Positions 12,009-25,191 are shown, counted from the first letter of the stretch. The stretch is DNA of 64,000 nt from Azolla caroliniana (GCA_043228905.1 JBHGNT010000001.1:13764001-13828000); one strand, 5' to 3'. A program made the numbers and translations. Notes: a model not told the origin generated them from the letters alone.

Positions 12009-12561
12009 TGCCATATCATGACAATTGTCGGATCACAATGTCTTCACTACGATCTGTATCTTGATCGGTTCTCCACTTTAGTGGTCCATCAAGTGAAGAC
12101 CTCGAGCGCTTCGTCTTTTGACCTGATTCAGTAGGCCCAAACCTTCCGTGTATAGTCATCTACAAAAGTGATGAAGTATCGGGAGCCTCCTAGTGATCAC
12201 TCATGCATCGACCCACATATGTATGTGTGCACGAGCTCTTGGGGCTTTCGTTCCGTCCTGTAGTGGAGAGAGTGCGGACTTCACGACTTTTTCCCATAAT
12301 GACAATGCTCGCAGAAGTCCGTCTTATTCTGGAGTTTCGAGATGTAGCCCACCACCATTAGTTGGTCTAGTCTAGCTTGTGAAATGTGACCTAGTCGGCC
12401 ATGCCATAGGTTCGGGTCGGGTGATTCAGCTACATTCACGGCCCCTTCTGGATTGATCACCATTAGTGGATATAAGTTGTTATACTTGTATCCATTTACG
12501 ACTTTAGATTTCCTCAATTGATCATCCATACCGACTCACTGAGAGTTTTTTTGTACTTGTT

Positions 12562-12945
12562 TTCAGCTAACATGCAGATGGATTGGGTTCAGGTACATGC
12601 CAAACTTGGTGCATGGTGATAGTATTACCGTTCGGAAATTGGATGGGGACCTCTCTAATCCCTGCCATTGCGCATTCCTGCCCATTGCCTAGTCGGATTG
12701 TGCCATTGGCGTCGACCGAATAGTTTGAAAACCATTCGATGTTTGGGGTCATGTCTTCAGCTAACATGCAGATGGATTGGGTTCAGGTACATGCCAAACT
12801 TGGTGCATGGTGATAGTATTACCGTTCGGAAATTGGATGGGGACCTCTCTAATCCCTGCCATTGCGCATTCCTGCCCATTGCCTAGTCGGATTGTGCCAT
12901 TGGCGTCGACCAAATAGTTTGAAAACCATTCGATGTTTGGGGTCA
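12562..12945. repeat. Tandem duplication, period 194 bp, in the copia protease region
   Basis: CTAACATGCAGATGG at 12567 and 12761; near-identical translated fragments. Confidence 0.95.
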
Positions 12946-13718
12946 GGTGGAATGTGGCACCGGAGTCCAGTAACCACGTGTGTGCATTTTGCACATTGTA
13001 GAGGACTTCTCATCGTGTGTTCATGTGGGAGGTCGTTGGGTCCAACTCTCTCATCTTCATATTGAACAGTTGTCGAATTGTAAAAAGCAACATGCGGAAG
13101 CAAGTATGAAGACCGAACAGAAGGAAGGAAACTTAGGTTTAATGGAGAGCTTGAGCTTACACGGTATACGCGGGAGAGACAGAGAGAGTGAGAGAGAAGA
13201 CACAAAAAACTATATTCAACAATAATACTCAGTCTGTACATAAGACGTGCTCAGTGAACACTTTTATACAAGCCCTAGAAGTACTGACAGTACTTCAATG
13301 CTCATCAAGAGCTTCTAAACTAACTCCCAAATATATTCCTTACGGAATATCTTTCCTAACGACATCCCGGTTTACGCACTCGGCCTAGCCGATTGGTCCC
13401 AACCGATCCAGTCCTCGGCTTCTTCAGCTGAACCGGCCGATGTTGAGCTTGTCTCTCAACACTCCCACTCAAGCTCAACTTGAGGCTCTTCGGGATCCTT
13501 GGGCACACAGCTCCGGTTCCTCCTGGCTTCACGCCTCGATCGCGCTCCTCGACCTGTTCGACTCCGTGCGCTTTGACCCTTCCGGTCGGCTTGTCTGCTC
13601 ATGCGGCCCTTATAAGCTCTTCTGTTGTTGTGGTGTCGACACTTTTTCTGCTGCCTTTTCTTCCGCTTGGGCCTCGGTTGATTCAACGTGTCTGAATCAA
13701 ACATCAAAACCGACTCGG

Positions 13719-16294
13719 CTACCTCCGATCGGTTTTCGCTCTCGTCCGAGTTGGCTGTCTCCAACTCGTCTTTGGTCTTCTCGCCTTCGATGGCGTCATC
13801 TTCCCCATGCGTGGTTGGCTTCGGCTCTCTCCTTCGGTTGCTCCCCTTCTGTCTGCTTCCGAACTTTTCCGCGGGTCCGCCCTCAGCTTCTTCAGCCGAT
13901 CCGATGTCGAACTTGTCAACCGACTCGGTGTCGCGGTGTCCGCTCCTTTCCTGCTGCCTTGCTTGGTCGTTCGGGACTGTTCTCCCCTCAAGTTCGGCAC
14001 GTCAAGGTGACGCAACCCAAGCGCACCTGAGAATTGCCGCAACTTGTCCAGACCAAGAGACTTGGTGAAGATGTCGGCAACCTGCCAATCCGTCGGAACG
14101 TACTGAAGTTCGACTTCACCAGAAAGGACACGCTCACGGACGAAATCGTAGTGCACCTCAATGTGCTTGGTCCGTGCGTGGAAGATGGGGTTTTTCGCGA
14201 GCTCGATGCTGATGAGGTTGTCGCAGTAGATCGTCGTCGGATCTGACACCTCCTCTTGCAGGTCCTTAAGAAGCCGCTTCAACCATATGGCTTCGCATGT
14301 CGCGACAGCCGCTCCTCGGTAATCAGCTTCGGTGCTCGACAGAGCAACTGTCGGCTACTTCTTATTGCTCCACGCGATTGCGACACTCCCGAGGGAGAAC
14401 GCGTATCCAGATGTGGATCGGCGATCGGCGGCGTTGCTAGCCCAATCAGCATCGGTGTAGCCGACTAACTGCACGGCTGCACCGGTCCGATATAGCAGTC
14501 CGTGGTCCTTAGTGCCGCTTACGTACCGAAGTATGCGTTGCGCACACTGAAGGTGCTCCTCGGTAGGTCGCGCCATGAACGGACTGATCACTCCGACCGG
14601 ATAACTGAGGTCGGGTCGGGTGATGGTCAAGTATATGAGGCTACCGACAATTTTTCGGAACCTCGTCGGGTCGCATACCTTTCCCATATCGGGACGAAGC
14701 TTGACGGTTCTGTCCAGAGGAGTCGAGATGGACTTACAGTCGGCCATCCCGAGTTTGAAGAGCATACTCAGCACGTAATGACGTTGGCTGATCAATATGC
14801 CTTCGGGGGTACGGATCACTTCGATCCCGAGGAAGTAATGAAGGTCCCCCAGATCCTTCATGTCGAACGATGCCGCAAGCTGGAGCTTTCACGCGGTCGA
14901 TTTCACCTAGGTCGGCGCTGGTGATGACCAAGTCATCAACATACAGTAAAATACTAACCAGTCCGAGTCGACCTTTCCGAATGAACAGGGAAGAGTCTGA
15001 TTTTGACGTGACGAAGCCCAACCGACGCAGTTGTTGCGTGATCTTCGTGTTCCAGGCACGCGGGGCTTGCTTCAGTCCGTAAAGGGACTTCTTCAGTTGG
15101 CATATTGCCGAGGAGTTCGTTCCAGAGTGAAATCTGGGGGGCTGTACCATGTACACCTGTTCCTCAAGGTCACCTTGCAGGAACACATTCTTTACATCCA
15201 TCTGATGTAGGTGCCACCCCTTGGCCGCGGCTACTGCGAGCAAAACACGGACGGTCGTCATTTTTGCGGCCGACGCAAACGTCTCATCGTAGTCGATGCT
15301 GTGTTTCTGCGCGTAGCCCTTTGCCACTAGCCGAGCCTTGTACCGGTTGACCGAGCCATCGGTGTTGTACTTGACTTTGTACACCCATCTACACCCGATC
15401 GGCTTCACACCCTTCGGTGCGTCAACCAGGTCCCAGGTCTCGTTCTCTGCCAATGCGTGCATCTCTTCCTCCATCGCGGCGCGCCAATTCGCGTCCTTCG
15501 CCGCTTCTGCGTAGCTCTCCGGCTCACCCACTTCCGCTACACGGGTCATGTACGCATAATGATGCACCATGTACTCGTTGTATCCGAACCGCAAAACAGG
15601 ATTCTTCTGGCGGGTAGATCGGCGTAATCTCACATTAGCCGATGTCGAGGTCTTCTCGGTCGACACGGTCTTCATCTTTAAAGACCCGTCACCGGTTCCC
15701 TCGGAGTCGGACTCGCGTCGGTCTGACTCGTTCCTTTCCGTGCCGGAATCCGACACCTTCTTCTTCCCTTTCTCTTTGCGCGTAAGCCATCTCCTCGGCC
15801 TCCTATGCGGGGAATGCACAACCGAGTCTCCACTACTCGCCGGCTCTTCATCGGACTGATCGTACTGACTCAGTCGTCCAATTGGTCCACTTAAACGGAG
15901 CGAAATCGGACTCTCTTCGCGGGTCTCGATTTCGGGCTCATTCGGAGGCATCTCGGCCTCGCTGACCTCATCGTCAGAGCTCGGATTGGAGTCTTGGTTC
16001 ATAGTCGGGGGCAGGTACCAGGACGCAGACTCGTCAAACACAACGTCGCGGCTGTTTGGTGCAAGGGTTATAACACTTATAACCCTTCTGCTCGTCCGAG
16101 TAACTGACCAAGATGCATTTCTCGGCGTTTGCGTCCAACTTCCTCCTTTTCTCCTTCGGTACATGCACATACGCAATGCTACCGAACACCCTCAAGTGTC
16201 GCAAGTTCGTCTTCGTTTCGAAATATAGCTCGTGCGCCGACACTTTGTCTCCGATCCGGTTTTGGATGTATACCGCGGTCCTTACCGCCTCGGC
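13719..16294 (-). pseudogene. pol: Copia integrase C-terminus, RT and RNase H with a charged extension; frameshifted
   Basis: YKARLVAKGY, LLYVDDL, GYTDADWA, RTKHIEVHY. Confidence 0.93.
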
Positions 16295-18271
16295 CTAGTA
16301 GAACTTGGGCAAGCTCTTCTCCTCCAGCATTGCCCGTGCTGCTTCCACAACTGACCGATTCTTTCTCTCGGCCACCCCGTTCTCCTCTAGCGTGTATCTA
16401 CAATTGAATTCGCGGCGAATTCCCATTTGTTGTAGGTAACCGTTGAATTGACTGGAAAAGTACTCTTTCTCGCCATCTGATCGCAAGCACTTGATCTTTC
16501 GTCCTGTTTCAGCTTCCACGAACCCTTTGAGGTCCCGGAAACAGTCGAAGACTTCGCTCTTCCTCTCAATGAGGTAGATCCACGTGTGCCGCGTGTGGTC
16601 GTCGATGAAGGAGACGAAATATCGGCTCCCGCCAAGACTAACGTTTTGTGCTGGTCCCCATACATCAAAGTGTATAAGGTCGAGCTTGTTCTGGCTCTGG
16701 TTTCGCTCGTTGGGGAAAGGAAGTCGGTGTTGCTTCCCGAGCTGGCAAGCTTCACAAACTTGTGCCTTTCGGCCACTAAACTTGGGCAATCCGAACACTA
16801 CCTGTTTCGATTGCAGATCTTGAAGCCGTTGGTGGTTGACGTGGCCTATCTGCTTGTGCCACAAGTCGATGTCTGACTCGGTCTTTTGTCCCTTCGCGAA
16901 CATTGCGGTGCTGCCGTTAGTGGAGTCGAGGATGAACATCCTCCCGTCTCTGCGCCCTTGCACAATCACACGGCCTTCTTCCTCAATGAAGCACCCGAGG
17001 TGTGTAAACCGAACCTCCATCTCTTGGTCGACGATCTGTCCGACCGAGACCAAGTTCTTCGTGATTGTCGGAACGTGCAACACGTTCATGAGTTTCCCTT
17101 TCTGCCCGACATGGCTAAGGGGAACTTCTCCGACATTTGCGATCGGATGCGGAGTGTCGTCTCCAGTTGCGACTACTCCAGGTTGTATCGGTTTTTCAAG
17201 GTACGAGAACCACTCCTTATGGCTCGTCATGTGGTTTGACGCGCCGGAGTCTACGTACCACACCTCGTCCGATCTCGGGGTGCTCTGTTTCATTGAGTTT
17301 GCTTCGTGTCTCGTCACGAAGACAGACCCTTCTCCGACTCTCCCAGAGTCTTGGGCGTAGTGTGATCGCTGCCGATTTCCCTTGTCGGTATGTTCGGAGC
17401 CGTTTCCGGAACCGGTTCTCTCCGAATCGGCGCGCTTCTTCCAACACTCACTTTCCTTGTGGCCTTTCTTGCCACAGTACCAGCACTCGGCGATGGCCTT
17501 CCCTTGCCGGTTCTCATCGCTTTGACTCCCCCTGTTTCCGGAGGGTCCGGAGTTGCTGTCGGCATCACTTCGATGCCATCTTCCTTGATCTCGTCGGCCG
17601 CTTCCATTGTGTACCGACTCGCCTCGTCCGCCACGACCACGGGGCCTTTCTCCCTCCGTGTACAACATCTTGTTGTCGGTGTGCGTGCTCGTCGACGCAC
17701 CCGCGTGGTTCTCCTCTACCAGGAGCATCGACTGTAAGTCGAAAAAGGACGGCGTATTCTCCCGGGTACACACAACCGTTCGGAACACTCCGAACTTCGA
17801 CGTCAAACCTCCGAGACAGATCTGGACCATCTCGCTCTCCTCGATGTTCACCTCTATGGAGGCGAGGGAGTCGCAGATATCCTTGATCTTCGAGGTATAG
17901 TCTGCCACCAACAAGTCGCGTTGTCGTAGGTTGCTCAACTCCTGTCGGAGCTGAAGCTTCCTAGTTGTGGTGCTCGCGGCGAAAATCTTCTTCATATTTT
18001 CCCACGCACCCTTCGGCGTCTTTGCATCCCAAACATAGCTCAATAGTTGTTCGCCCACACACGACGCGAAGCAGTACAATACCCTGCTCGCCGATTGCTC
18101 CCACGACGGGAAGTCTCTGTGTGTCGATTCGGGTGCCGCGTCATTAGCTCCTTCGACATATCTCCAGTAGCCATGCCCGAGCAAGTACTGGTGCATCTTG
18201 TAGGACCAAGACGTGTAGTTGGTTCTGTCGAGCTTCTCTGTTGGAAGCGAGCTCACCATGCCTCTATCCAT
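16295..18271 (-). CDS. gag-pol: Copia Gag-protease-integrase (658 aa, ends at a premature stop)
   Basis: CWYCGKKGHKESEC zinc knuckle, WYVDSGASNHM, GAG-pre-integrase, rve core. Confidence 0.9.
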   Translation of the reverse strand: MDRGMVSSLPTEKLDRTNYTSWSYKMHQYLLGHGYWRYVEGANDAAPESTHRDFPSWEQSASRVLYCFASCVGEQLLSYVWDAKTPKGAWENMKKIFAASTTTRKLQLRQELSNLRQRDLLVADYTSKIKDICDSLASIEVNIEESEMVQICLGGLTSKFGVFRTVVCTRENTPSFFDLQSMLLVEENHAGASTSTHTDNKMLYTEGERPRGRGGRGESVHNGSGRRDQGRWHRSDADSNSGPSGNRGSQSDENRQGKAIAECWYCGKKGHKESECWKKRADSERTGSGNGSEHTDKGNRQRSHYAQDSGRVGEGSVFVTRHEANSMKQSTPRSDEVWYVDSGASNHMTSHKEWFSYLEKPIQPGVVATGDDTPHPIANVGEVPLSHVGQKGKLMNVLHVPTITKNLVSVGQIVDQEMEVRFTHLGCFIEEEGRVIVQGRRDGRMFILDSTNGSTAMFAKGQKTESDIDLWHKQIGHVNHQRLQDLQSKQVVFGLPKFSGRKAQVCEACQLGKQHRLPFPNERNQSQNKLDLIHFDVWGPAQNVSLGGSRYFVSFIDDHTRHTWIYLIERKSEVFDCFRDLKGFVEAETGRKIKCLRSDGEKEYFSSQFNGYLQQMGIRREFNCRYTLEENGVAERKNRSVVEAARAMLEEKSLPKFY

Positions 18272-18861
18272 TGTTCTTCTCGTTCTTCTTCGTCAAGCTA
18301 TGTCGACTGCAGAGAGGTTCTTAACCCTCACGCTCTGATTCCATGTAAAAAGCAACGTGCGGAAGCAAGTATGAAGAACGAACAGAAGGAAGGAAACTTA
18401 GGTTTAATGGAGAGCTTGAGCTTACACTGTATACGCGGGAGAGACAGAGAGAGTGAGAGAGAAGACACAAAAAACTATATTCAACAATAATACTCAGTCT
18501 GTACATAAGACGTGCTCAGTGAACACTTTTATACAAGCCCTAGAAGGACTGACCGAAGTACTGACAGTACTTCAATGCTCATCAAGATATCCTACACTAA
18601 CTCCCAAATATATTCCTTACGGAATATCTTTCCTAACGACCTCCCGGTTTACGCACTTGGCCTAGCTGATTGGTCCCAACCGATCCAGTCCTCGGCTTCT
18701 TCAGCCGAACCGGCCGATGTTGAGCTTGTCTCTCAACACGAATCAATATGAGTTTCGATGAGGAGGATTTTTCACGTATACACCCTGTAATTTCTCACAC
18801 AATGAGAATATTATCATTTCCTTTGCCATACTGAAATAATTGTTTTCAACCAGATGCATAC

Positions 18862-19251
18862 TGTTGAGAATCAAGCTCAACTTGGTCTAGTGTGTGAACT
18901 CACCTTGAGAGTGAATAGACACTCCAACAGTCAAGAGTAACCATTATGTCACCTCTTTGTATTCTAGCATTTAGTATGAGTCATAGAATCATATTCTGTG
19001 ACACATAAATTATGAGCTTTCACATTCCCCATGCTCCATGAGTCTTGTAGTTAATGAAGAGAGAGGGTGACTATATAAAGCACCCTCCTCCTACCTTGTA
19101 TTGTGTTGAGTCTTTCTCCTTTGTTAATATAATCTACCTTGCATATACTCTGTGTCTTAGTCCTTGTCTCTCTCACTCTCTCTCTATCTCTCATACAGAC
19201 ACACAGTTCACACCTATTCCACTACACAAGAATCACACCCGATTCTTTACA
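18862..19251 (+). mobile_element. Copia solo LTR (same family as 19506-24873)
   Basis: TG...CA; TSD CATAC; reverse-complement match to 19506-19918. Confidence 0.95.
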
Positions 19252-19505
19252 CATACGAATAATCGACCAAACCATTTCATCCAATGAGCGCCATTCTTCT
19301 GCTGTCATCGAGGTTGACTTGTTGGTGTGCCTTATTGCCTCGATTTGATGCCAAATGATCAGTACATCCTGCGTCATCTGCTTCCATACTGCAAAATTTT
19401 TGTCGTCGAACTTTCTAATTTCAACCCTTGTACCGGATGTTGAAGCCATGTTCTCTTTTGAAAGTGAGATTTTATTGACTTGGTCTTTTCTATTTTGTTT
19501 CCGTT

Positions 19506-19561
19506 TGTAAAGAATCGGATATGATTCTTGTGAAGCAGAAGAGATGTGAGTTATGTGTGTG

Positions 19562-19609
<48 letters not shown>

Positions 19610-22600
19610 AGAGACAAGGAATAATACACAGAGAATACACAAGGTAGATTGTATTAACAAAGGAGAAAGACTCAACATATACAAGGTGGGAGGAGGGTGC
19701 TTTATGTAGTCACCCTCTCTCTTCATTAGCTACAAGAGTCATGGAGCATGGGGAATGTGAAAGCTCTTAAGTTATGTGTCATAGAATATGATTCTATGAC
19801 TCGTACTAAATGCTAGAATACAAAGTGGCGACATAATGGTGACTCTTGACCGTTGGAGTGTCTATTCACTCTCAAGGTGAGTTCACACACTAGACCAAGT
19901 TGAGCTTGATTCTCAACACGCCCCCTCAAGCTCAAGTCAGGTCGGTTTCAGATGGTATCCGAAATCTGCTTCGACTCGCGTTCCGGAGTCCGCGTCAACT
20001 CGCATTTGTGCGGAGTTGCGGAATCCGTGCTCCAGCTTGCGTTGTGCGTAGTTGCGAAGTCTGCGCTTCGGCTTGCGTCTTTCTTCGCGGCTTTGCGCGG
20101 TAGATCGGCTTCATTGCGCGGTTACGTAATCCACGCATTATTGCGTAATGTCTTCAGTACTCCCCCTCAAGCTTGGCAGGTCAGGGATCGTCAATCCGAG
20201 ATCGGTCATGAATTGCCACAGCTTGTCGGCTCCTAAGGCTTTAGTGAAGATGTCGGCCGTTTGAAGATTTTTGCTAATGTGTTGTAGGTCAACATTGCCA
20301 ACTAGAACGCGCTCTCGGATGAAGTGATAGTGCACTTCGATGTGCTTTGTCCGCGCGTGGAATACCGGGTTCCGAGCCAGATAGATATTGCTCATGTTGT
20401 CGTAGTAAAGGGAAGTCGGATCCTTGATGGGTACGCTCAGATCCTTCAAATCCTCTTGAGCCATACAGCTTCACACACAGCTATGACTGCGCCCCTATAT
20501 TCCGCCTCCGTACTTGAAAGAGCGACGGTATGCTGCTTCTTGCTACTCCACGATATTGCTCCGCTGCCGAGGGAGAAAACAAATCCGGAGGTTGATCTTC
20601 TATTGGCTTTGTAGCCGGCCCAATCGGCGTTTGTGTTCCCCTCGAGGCGTATTGGCATTGCTGTCTTGTAGAGGATGCCGCAATCCATTGTGCTGCTCAC
20701 GTACCGTAGAACTCGCTTAGTGCAATCCAAGTGAGTATCAGGCGGTGTTTGCATGAATTGACTAAGGAGACTGACCGGATAACTAAGATCGGGTCGAGTG
20801 ATCGTGAGGTAGAGGAGACTCCCGATGAGTTGCCAATACTGAGTCGATGCACACGCTTTGGTGCCGGAGTTCGCATCTAGTTTGAGATTACGATTGAGCG
20901 GGGTTGCCATGGATTTGCACTTAGCCATACCGAACTTGAATAAAAAGTTGAGGATGTAGTGTCGTTGAGAAATCATGATTCCGGCCGGAGTTCAAATTAT
21001 CTCGATGCCGAGGAAGTTGTGGAGTTCCTTCATGTCCGTCATCTCAAACTTGTCGGAAAGGAGGGATTTGACCTTATTGATTTCGACAAGATGCTCACCT
21101 CCAATGACTAGGTCATCCACATATAAGATGATGACGATCGGACTTGCGGAATCACTTCGTATGTAGAGGGAGTTGTCTGATTTTGACATACGGAAGCCGA
21201 TTTGATGAAGATATTGCGTTATCTTTGAATGCCAAGCACACAATGCTTGCTTGAGGCCGTAGAATGGCTTCTTGAGTCGGCATATAGCTTTCGGATGGGT
21301 GCTAGAGTTGAAGTCGGGTGGTTGTATCATGTACACCTCCTCTTCTAATTCGCCTTGTAGAAAGGCGTTCTTGATGTCCATTTGATGGAGGTGCCACCCT
21401 TTCGCCGCAGCAAGCCCAATTACGGTCCGTACCGTAGTCATCTTTGCCACCAGGGCAAAGGTCTCTTCGTAGTCAACTCCATGCATTTGTGCGTAGCCTT
21501 TCGCTACGAGTACTGTCGCTTTGTAGCGGTTGACGGAATTGTCGGCATTGTACTTCCATTTGTAAATCCATCTGCATCCAATCGCCTTTTTGTGCGGTGA
21601 GGTGGGAACGAGATCCCACATCTCATTCTTCCGTAGTGCCTGGATCTCCTCGTTCATTGCTTCGATCCATCGCGGGTCCTTCGCGGCTTCGGGAAAGGTT
21701 TCCGGCTCCCGTACTGTCGCTACCTTCATCATAAAGGCGTAATGGTACGCCATATAATCATTGTAGTGGATCAGCGGAGCTTTTCATTTGCAGAGATGAG
21801 GGCTTTCTTAGCTCCGATTGGTACATTGAAGCCGACGAGCTCACTGTCGAGTGAGTGAGTCAACTCATCGTCGTCGAAGCGATCGTCTGCGTATTCCACC
21901 ATTTTTGCCTTGCCTTTGTCCATCTTCGGGCTAGGCCGTGATGTGTTTTGATCGCTCAAAGGCTCTTGTGGTCCGCTCAGTCGGGTCATGATCGGACTTT
22001 CTTCGAACATGCGCGTAAGGCGATCTTCATCCACTATCTCTTGTTCGAGCGTACCAGGATGCGGACTCGTAAAAAATGACATCTCGACTTACTCGAGATT
22101 TTCGAGTTGAGGGGTTGTAGCACTTGTACCCCTTTTGCTCCAGTGAGTATCCTACGAGGATACATTTCTCCAACTTCGGGTCAAGCTTTTGATGCTTCTC
22201 GTCGGGGATGTGCACGTACGGTATCGCGCCGAATATCCGGGTGTGCGATAAGTCCAGCTTCTTTCCGAAGTATTTTTCGTGCGGAGTGACCTCATGCACG
22301 CCGGATGTTGTGCATTGGTTCATTAGGTAGACGGCCGTATTTGCAGATTCGGCCCAATATGACTTGGGTATATGCTTCTCGTTCATCATGGCCCGCGCTA
22401 CTTCGAGGATGTGCCGAGTTTTGCGCTCGGCTACCCCGTTTTGTTGCGGAGTGTGTCGACAAGTGAATTCTCACCGAATTCCTTCCTTTCGGAGATACGC
22501 CATGAAATCGTCCGAGAAGTACTCCTTGCCACCATCCGATCGAAGGCATCGTACATGTCGGCCCATGGCTTTCTCGACTTCATTCTTCAAATTTTGGAAG

Positions 22601-24535
22601 TGTCCGAACACTTCGCTCTTTTGCCACATCGGGTAGATCCAAGTGTGCCTAGAAAAGTCGTCGATGAGGAGCACGTAATATCGGCATCCGCCAAATGTAG
22701 CCGTCTACACCGGTCCCCATATGTCGGAATGGACTAAGTTGAGTAGACCTTTGCTCACGTTCCACTCTTTCGGGAATGGGTGTCGGTGTTGCTTGCCGAA
22801 TTGGCACACTTCACATACACCTTCAATCTCCTTCTCTTTGAATGTTGGGAGTCCGATGACGACTCCTTTCGATTTCATTGCTTTGAGTTTTTGGAGATTT
22901 ATATGGCCAACCCACTTGTGCCATAACTCTATGTCGGAGTCGGCTTTCATGCCCTTTGCGAACATGGCCGATTTCATCTCGTGTGAGTTGAGAATGAACA
23001 TTCGGCCCTCTCTTCGTCCTCGTGCGATGAGTTGGCCCTCTTTTTTGATTAAGCAACCGCCTTGATTAAATCGAACTTGCATCCCTTGCTCTACAATTTG
23101 GCCGATGGAGACCAAATTCTTCGTAATGGTCGGTACATGCAAGACATTTTTAATGTAATTTTTCTTACATTGTTTTCCGAACGGAACATTGTTGATGTGC
23201 CGAATCAGGTGCGTAGTGTCGTCTCCGGTTTCGACATAACCGAGTCGGTCCGGCTCTCGAAGTTCTCGGAACCATTCTTGATGCGATGTCATATGGTTCG
23301 AGGCACCGGAATCAATGAACCATACGTCTTCCGGACCGGAGGCACTAGTTGAGGTAGAGCCCGACATAGAGTTTGCTCTATGTTTCATCATGAACATTCT
23401 GCCACGATCGGAGTTGTGTGCATACATTCCGCCACGATCTTCATAGTCGGAGTTGTGCGCGTAATTCGTGAGTTGTCGGCTTGTGGAAGCCGATTCACGC
23501 ATCTTCTTTCGGCACTCTTCTTTGTGGTGGCCGAGCTTTCCGCAATATCCGCATTTGGTTGCGTTTTGACGGTTTGGGCCGGAGTGGAAGCTCCCCCTTT
23601 TTGCAAAGGTTCCTCGTTGGCTTCCGTTTTGCGACCGAAATTGGGAGTTGTTATCGTAGGTCGAACCTCGTCCGCCTTATCCTTGGCTGAATCGGCCTCT
23701 CGACCATCCACGTCCTCTTCCTCCGTTCAAGTGCGTGTAGAGCATGTGGCCTTCCGACTCATTGCTCTTTGTACGCACGTGGTTTTCTTCGACCAATAGC
23801 ATTGATTGGAGCTCGAAGAAGGAGGGAGATTTCTCCTGTGCTATTGTGCGAGGCTGTTAAGGCATATTTGAACCATCTCATCATCATCGATATTTACGCT
23901 TATTGAGCCAAGCGAATTGCAAAGCTCCTTGATCTTCGAGGTGTATGTTGTAATGGACCTGTCCCTTTGTTGAATGTTGTTCAACTCTTGGCGGAGTTGA
24001 AGCCGTCTTGCGGTTGTGTTTGCCGCGAAAATCTTTCGTAGATTTTCCCATGCCTCCTTCGGCGTCTTGGCTTCGTGAATGTAGCCGAGCATGTGATCGT
24101 GAACACATGTCTCCAAGCAATACATCACGAGGCTTGCGGCTTGCTCCCATGTCGCGTATCTGGGAGCCGCTTCGGCGGGTCGGTCTTCATGCACTCCTTT
24201 CATGTAGCTCCAATAGCCTTGTCCGACAAGGTATTGGTGCATCTTGTACTCCCAAGATGCGAAGTTGTTTCGATCCAACTTCTCGGTAGGGAGAGCGCTC
24301 CCCATTTGAGTATTCATTATGTCGATTCTTCTTCTTCTTCTTCTTTTGTCTTCGAATGCGAGCTATGTAGCGAAGCTATGATAGCGATGAGCCGGTTCTT
24401 GGTCGTCGGCGTAGAGCACAACACACGATCACGATGAGGTGAATGGGCTAGATCGAGCTACCAAATCGCTCTGATACCATGTAAAGAATCAGATATGATT
24501 CTTGTGAAGCGGAAGAGATGTGAGTTATGTGTGTG

Positions 24536-24570
<35 letters not shown>

Positions 24571-24873
24571 AGGAATAATACATAGAGAATACGCAAGGTA
24601 GATTGTATTAACAAAGGAGAAAGACTCAACATTATACAAGGTGGGAGGAGGGTGCTTTATGTAGTCACCCTCTCTCTTCATTAACTACAAGAGTCATGGA
24701 GCATGGGGAATGTGAAAGCTCATAAGTTATGTGTCATAGAATATGATTCTATGACTCATACTAAATGCTAGAATACAAAGTGGTGACATAATGGTGACTC
24801 TTGACCGTTGGAGTGTCTATTCACTCTCAAGTTGAGTTCACACACTAGACCAAGTTGAGCTTGATTCTCAACA
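19506..24873 (-). mobile_element. Full-length decayed Ty1/copia
   Basis: LTRs 19506-19918 and 24480-24873; TSD CCGTT; PBS-iMet 24468-24479; PPT GAGGGGGCG. Confidence 0.97.
20138..24317 (-). pseudogene. gag-pol: Copia gag-pol with several stops and frameshifts
   Basis: MNTQMGSALPTEKLD, WFIDSGAS, LRSDGGKEY, ILYVDDL, RTKHIEVHYHF. Confidence 0.95.
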
Positions 24874-25191
24874 CCGTTGAGCAAGAAGTCGTTGTGATAC
24901 CACTTGTAGACTAGTATGCGAACAAATATGCGGAAACGTGTATAAGAACCTATTGTATTATGCTCATCAAACAACACATAAAATATGACACAAGCAAAAA
25001 CAAAAGCGTAGATGCAGTGTCAAGCTTTAATGGAAGTTCTTATGTCAGTCTTTCTGAAATTCTTACTCCACAAGACTCAATGTCGATTATCATTACAATA
25101 TTAGGGTTGAGCTTATGTACTCAAATCCCTAACTTCAAGATGTGTTCACACTAGGATACAAAGTTGAGGAAGTTGTCCTTTTATGCCAGCA

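Larger units (their letters stand above)
8816..12023 (-). mobile_element. Tcn1-like chromovirus (Ty3/gypsy), internally deleted (no PR/RT)
   Basis: 435-bp LTRs 8816-9250 and 11589-12023 (about 14 differences by eye); TSD ATTGT; PPT AAGGGGGGATAG; no tRNA PBS. Confidence 0.95.
13079..18738 (-). mobile_element. Full-length Ty1/copia
   Basis: LTRs 13079-13461 and 18344-18738; TSD CGAAT; PBS TGGAATCAGAGC (iMet, one mismatch); PPT AGTGGGAG. Confidence 0.97.
8500..25191 (-). mobile_element. Decayed Tork-like copia hosting four nested insertions (5' LTR 24905-25191, PBS remnant ~24895-24902, gag ATG 19449)
   Basis: Coding pieces at 19252-19505, 18739-18861, 12024-13078 and 8500-8815 join across TSDs (MASTSGTRVEIRKFD, WLLDSGATFH, LWHGRLGH, FVDDYTRK, DNGG); no RT or 3' LTR found. 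Confidence 0.8.

Noticed and set aside
17137-17886. Long antisense ORFs (also 48097-48708, 34366-34905, 13440-14030)
   Set aside because: They are shadows of GC-rich retroelement coding strands with no recognisable motifs.
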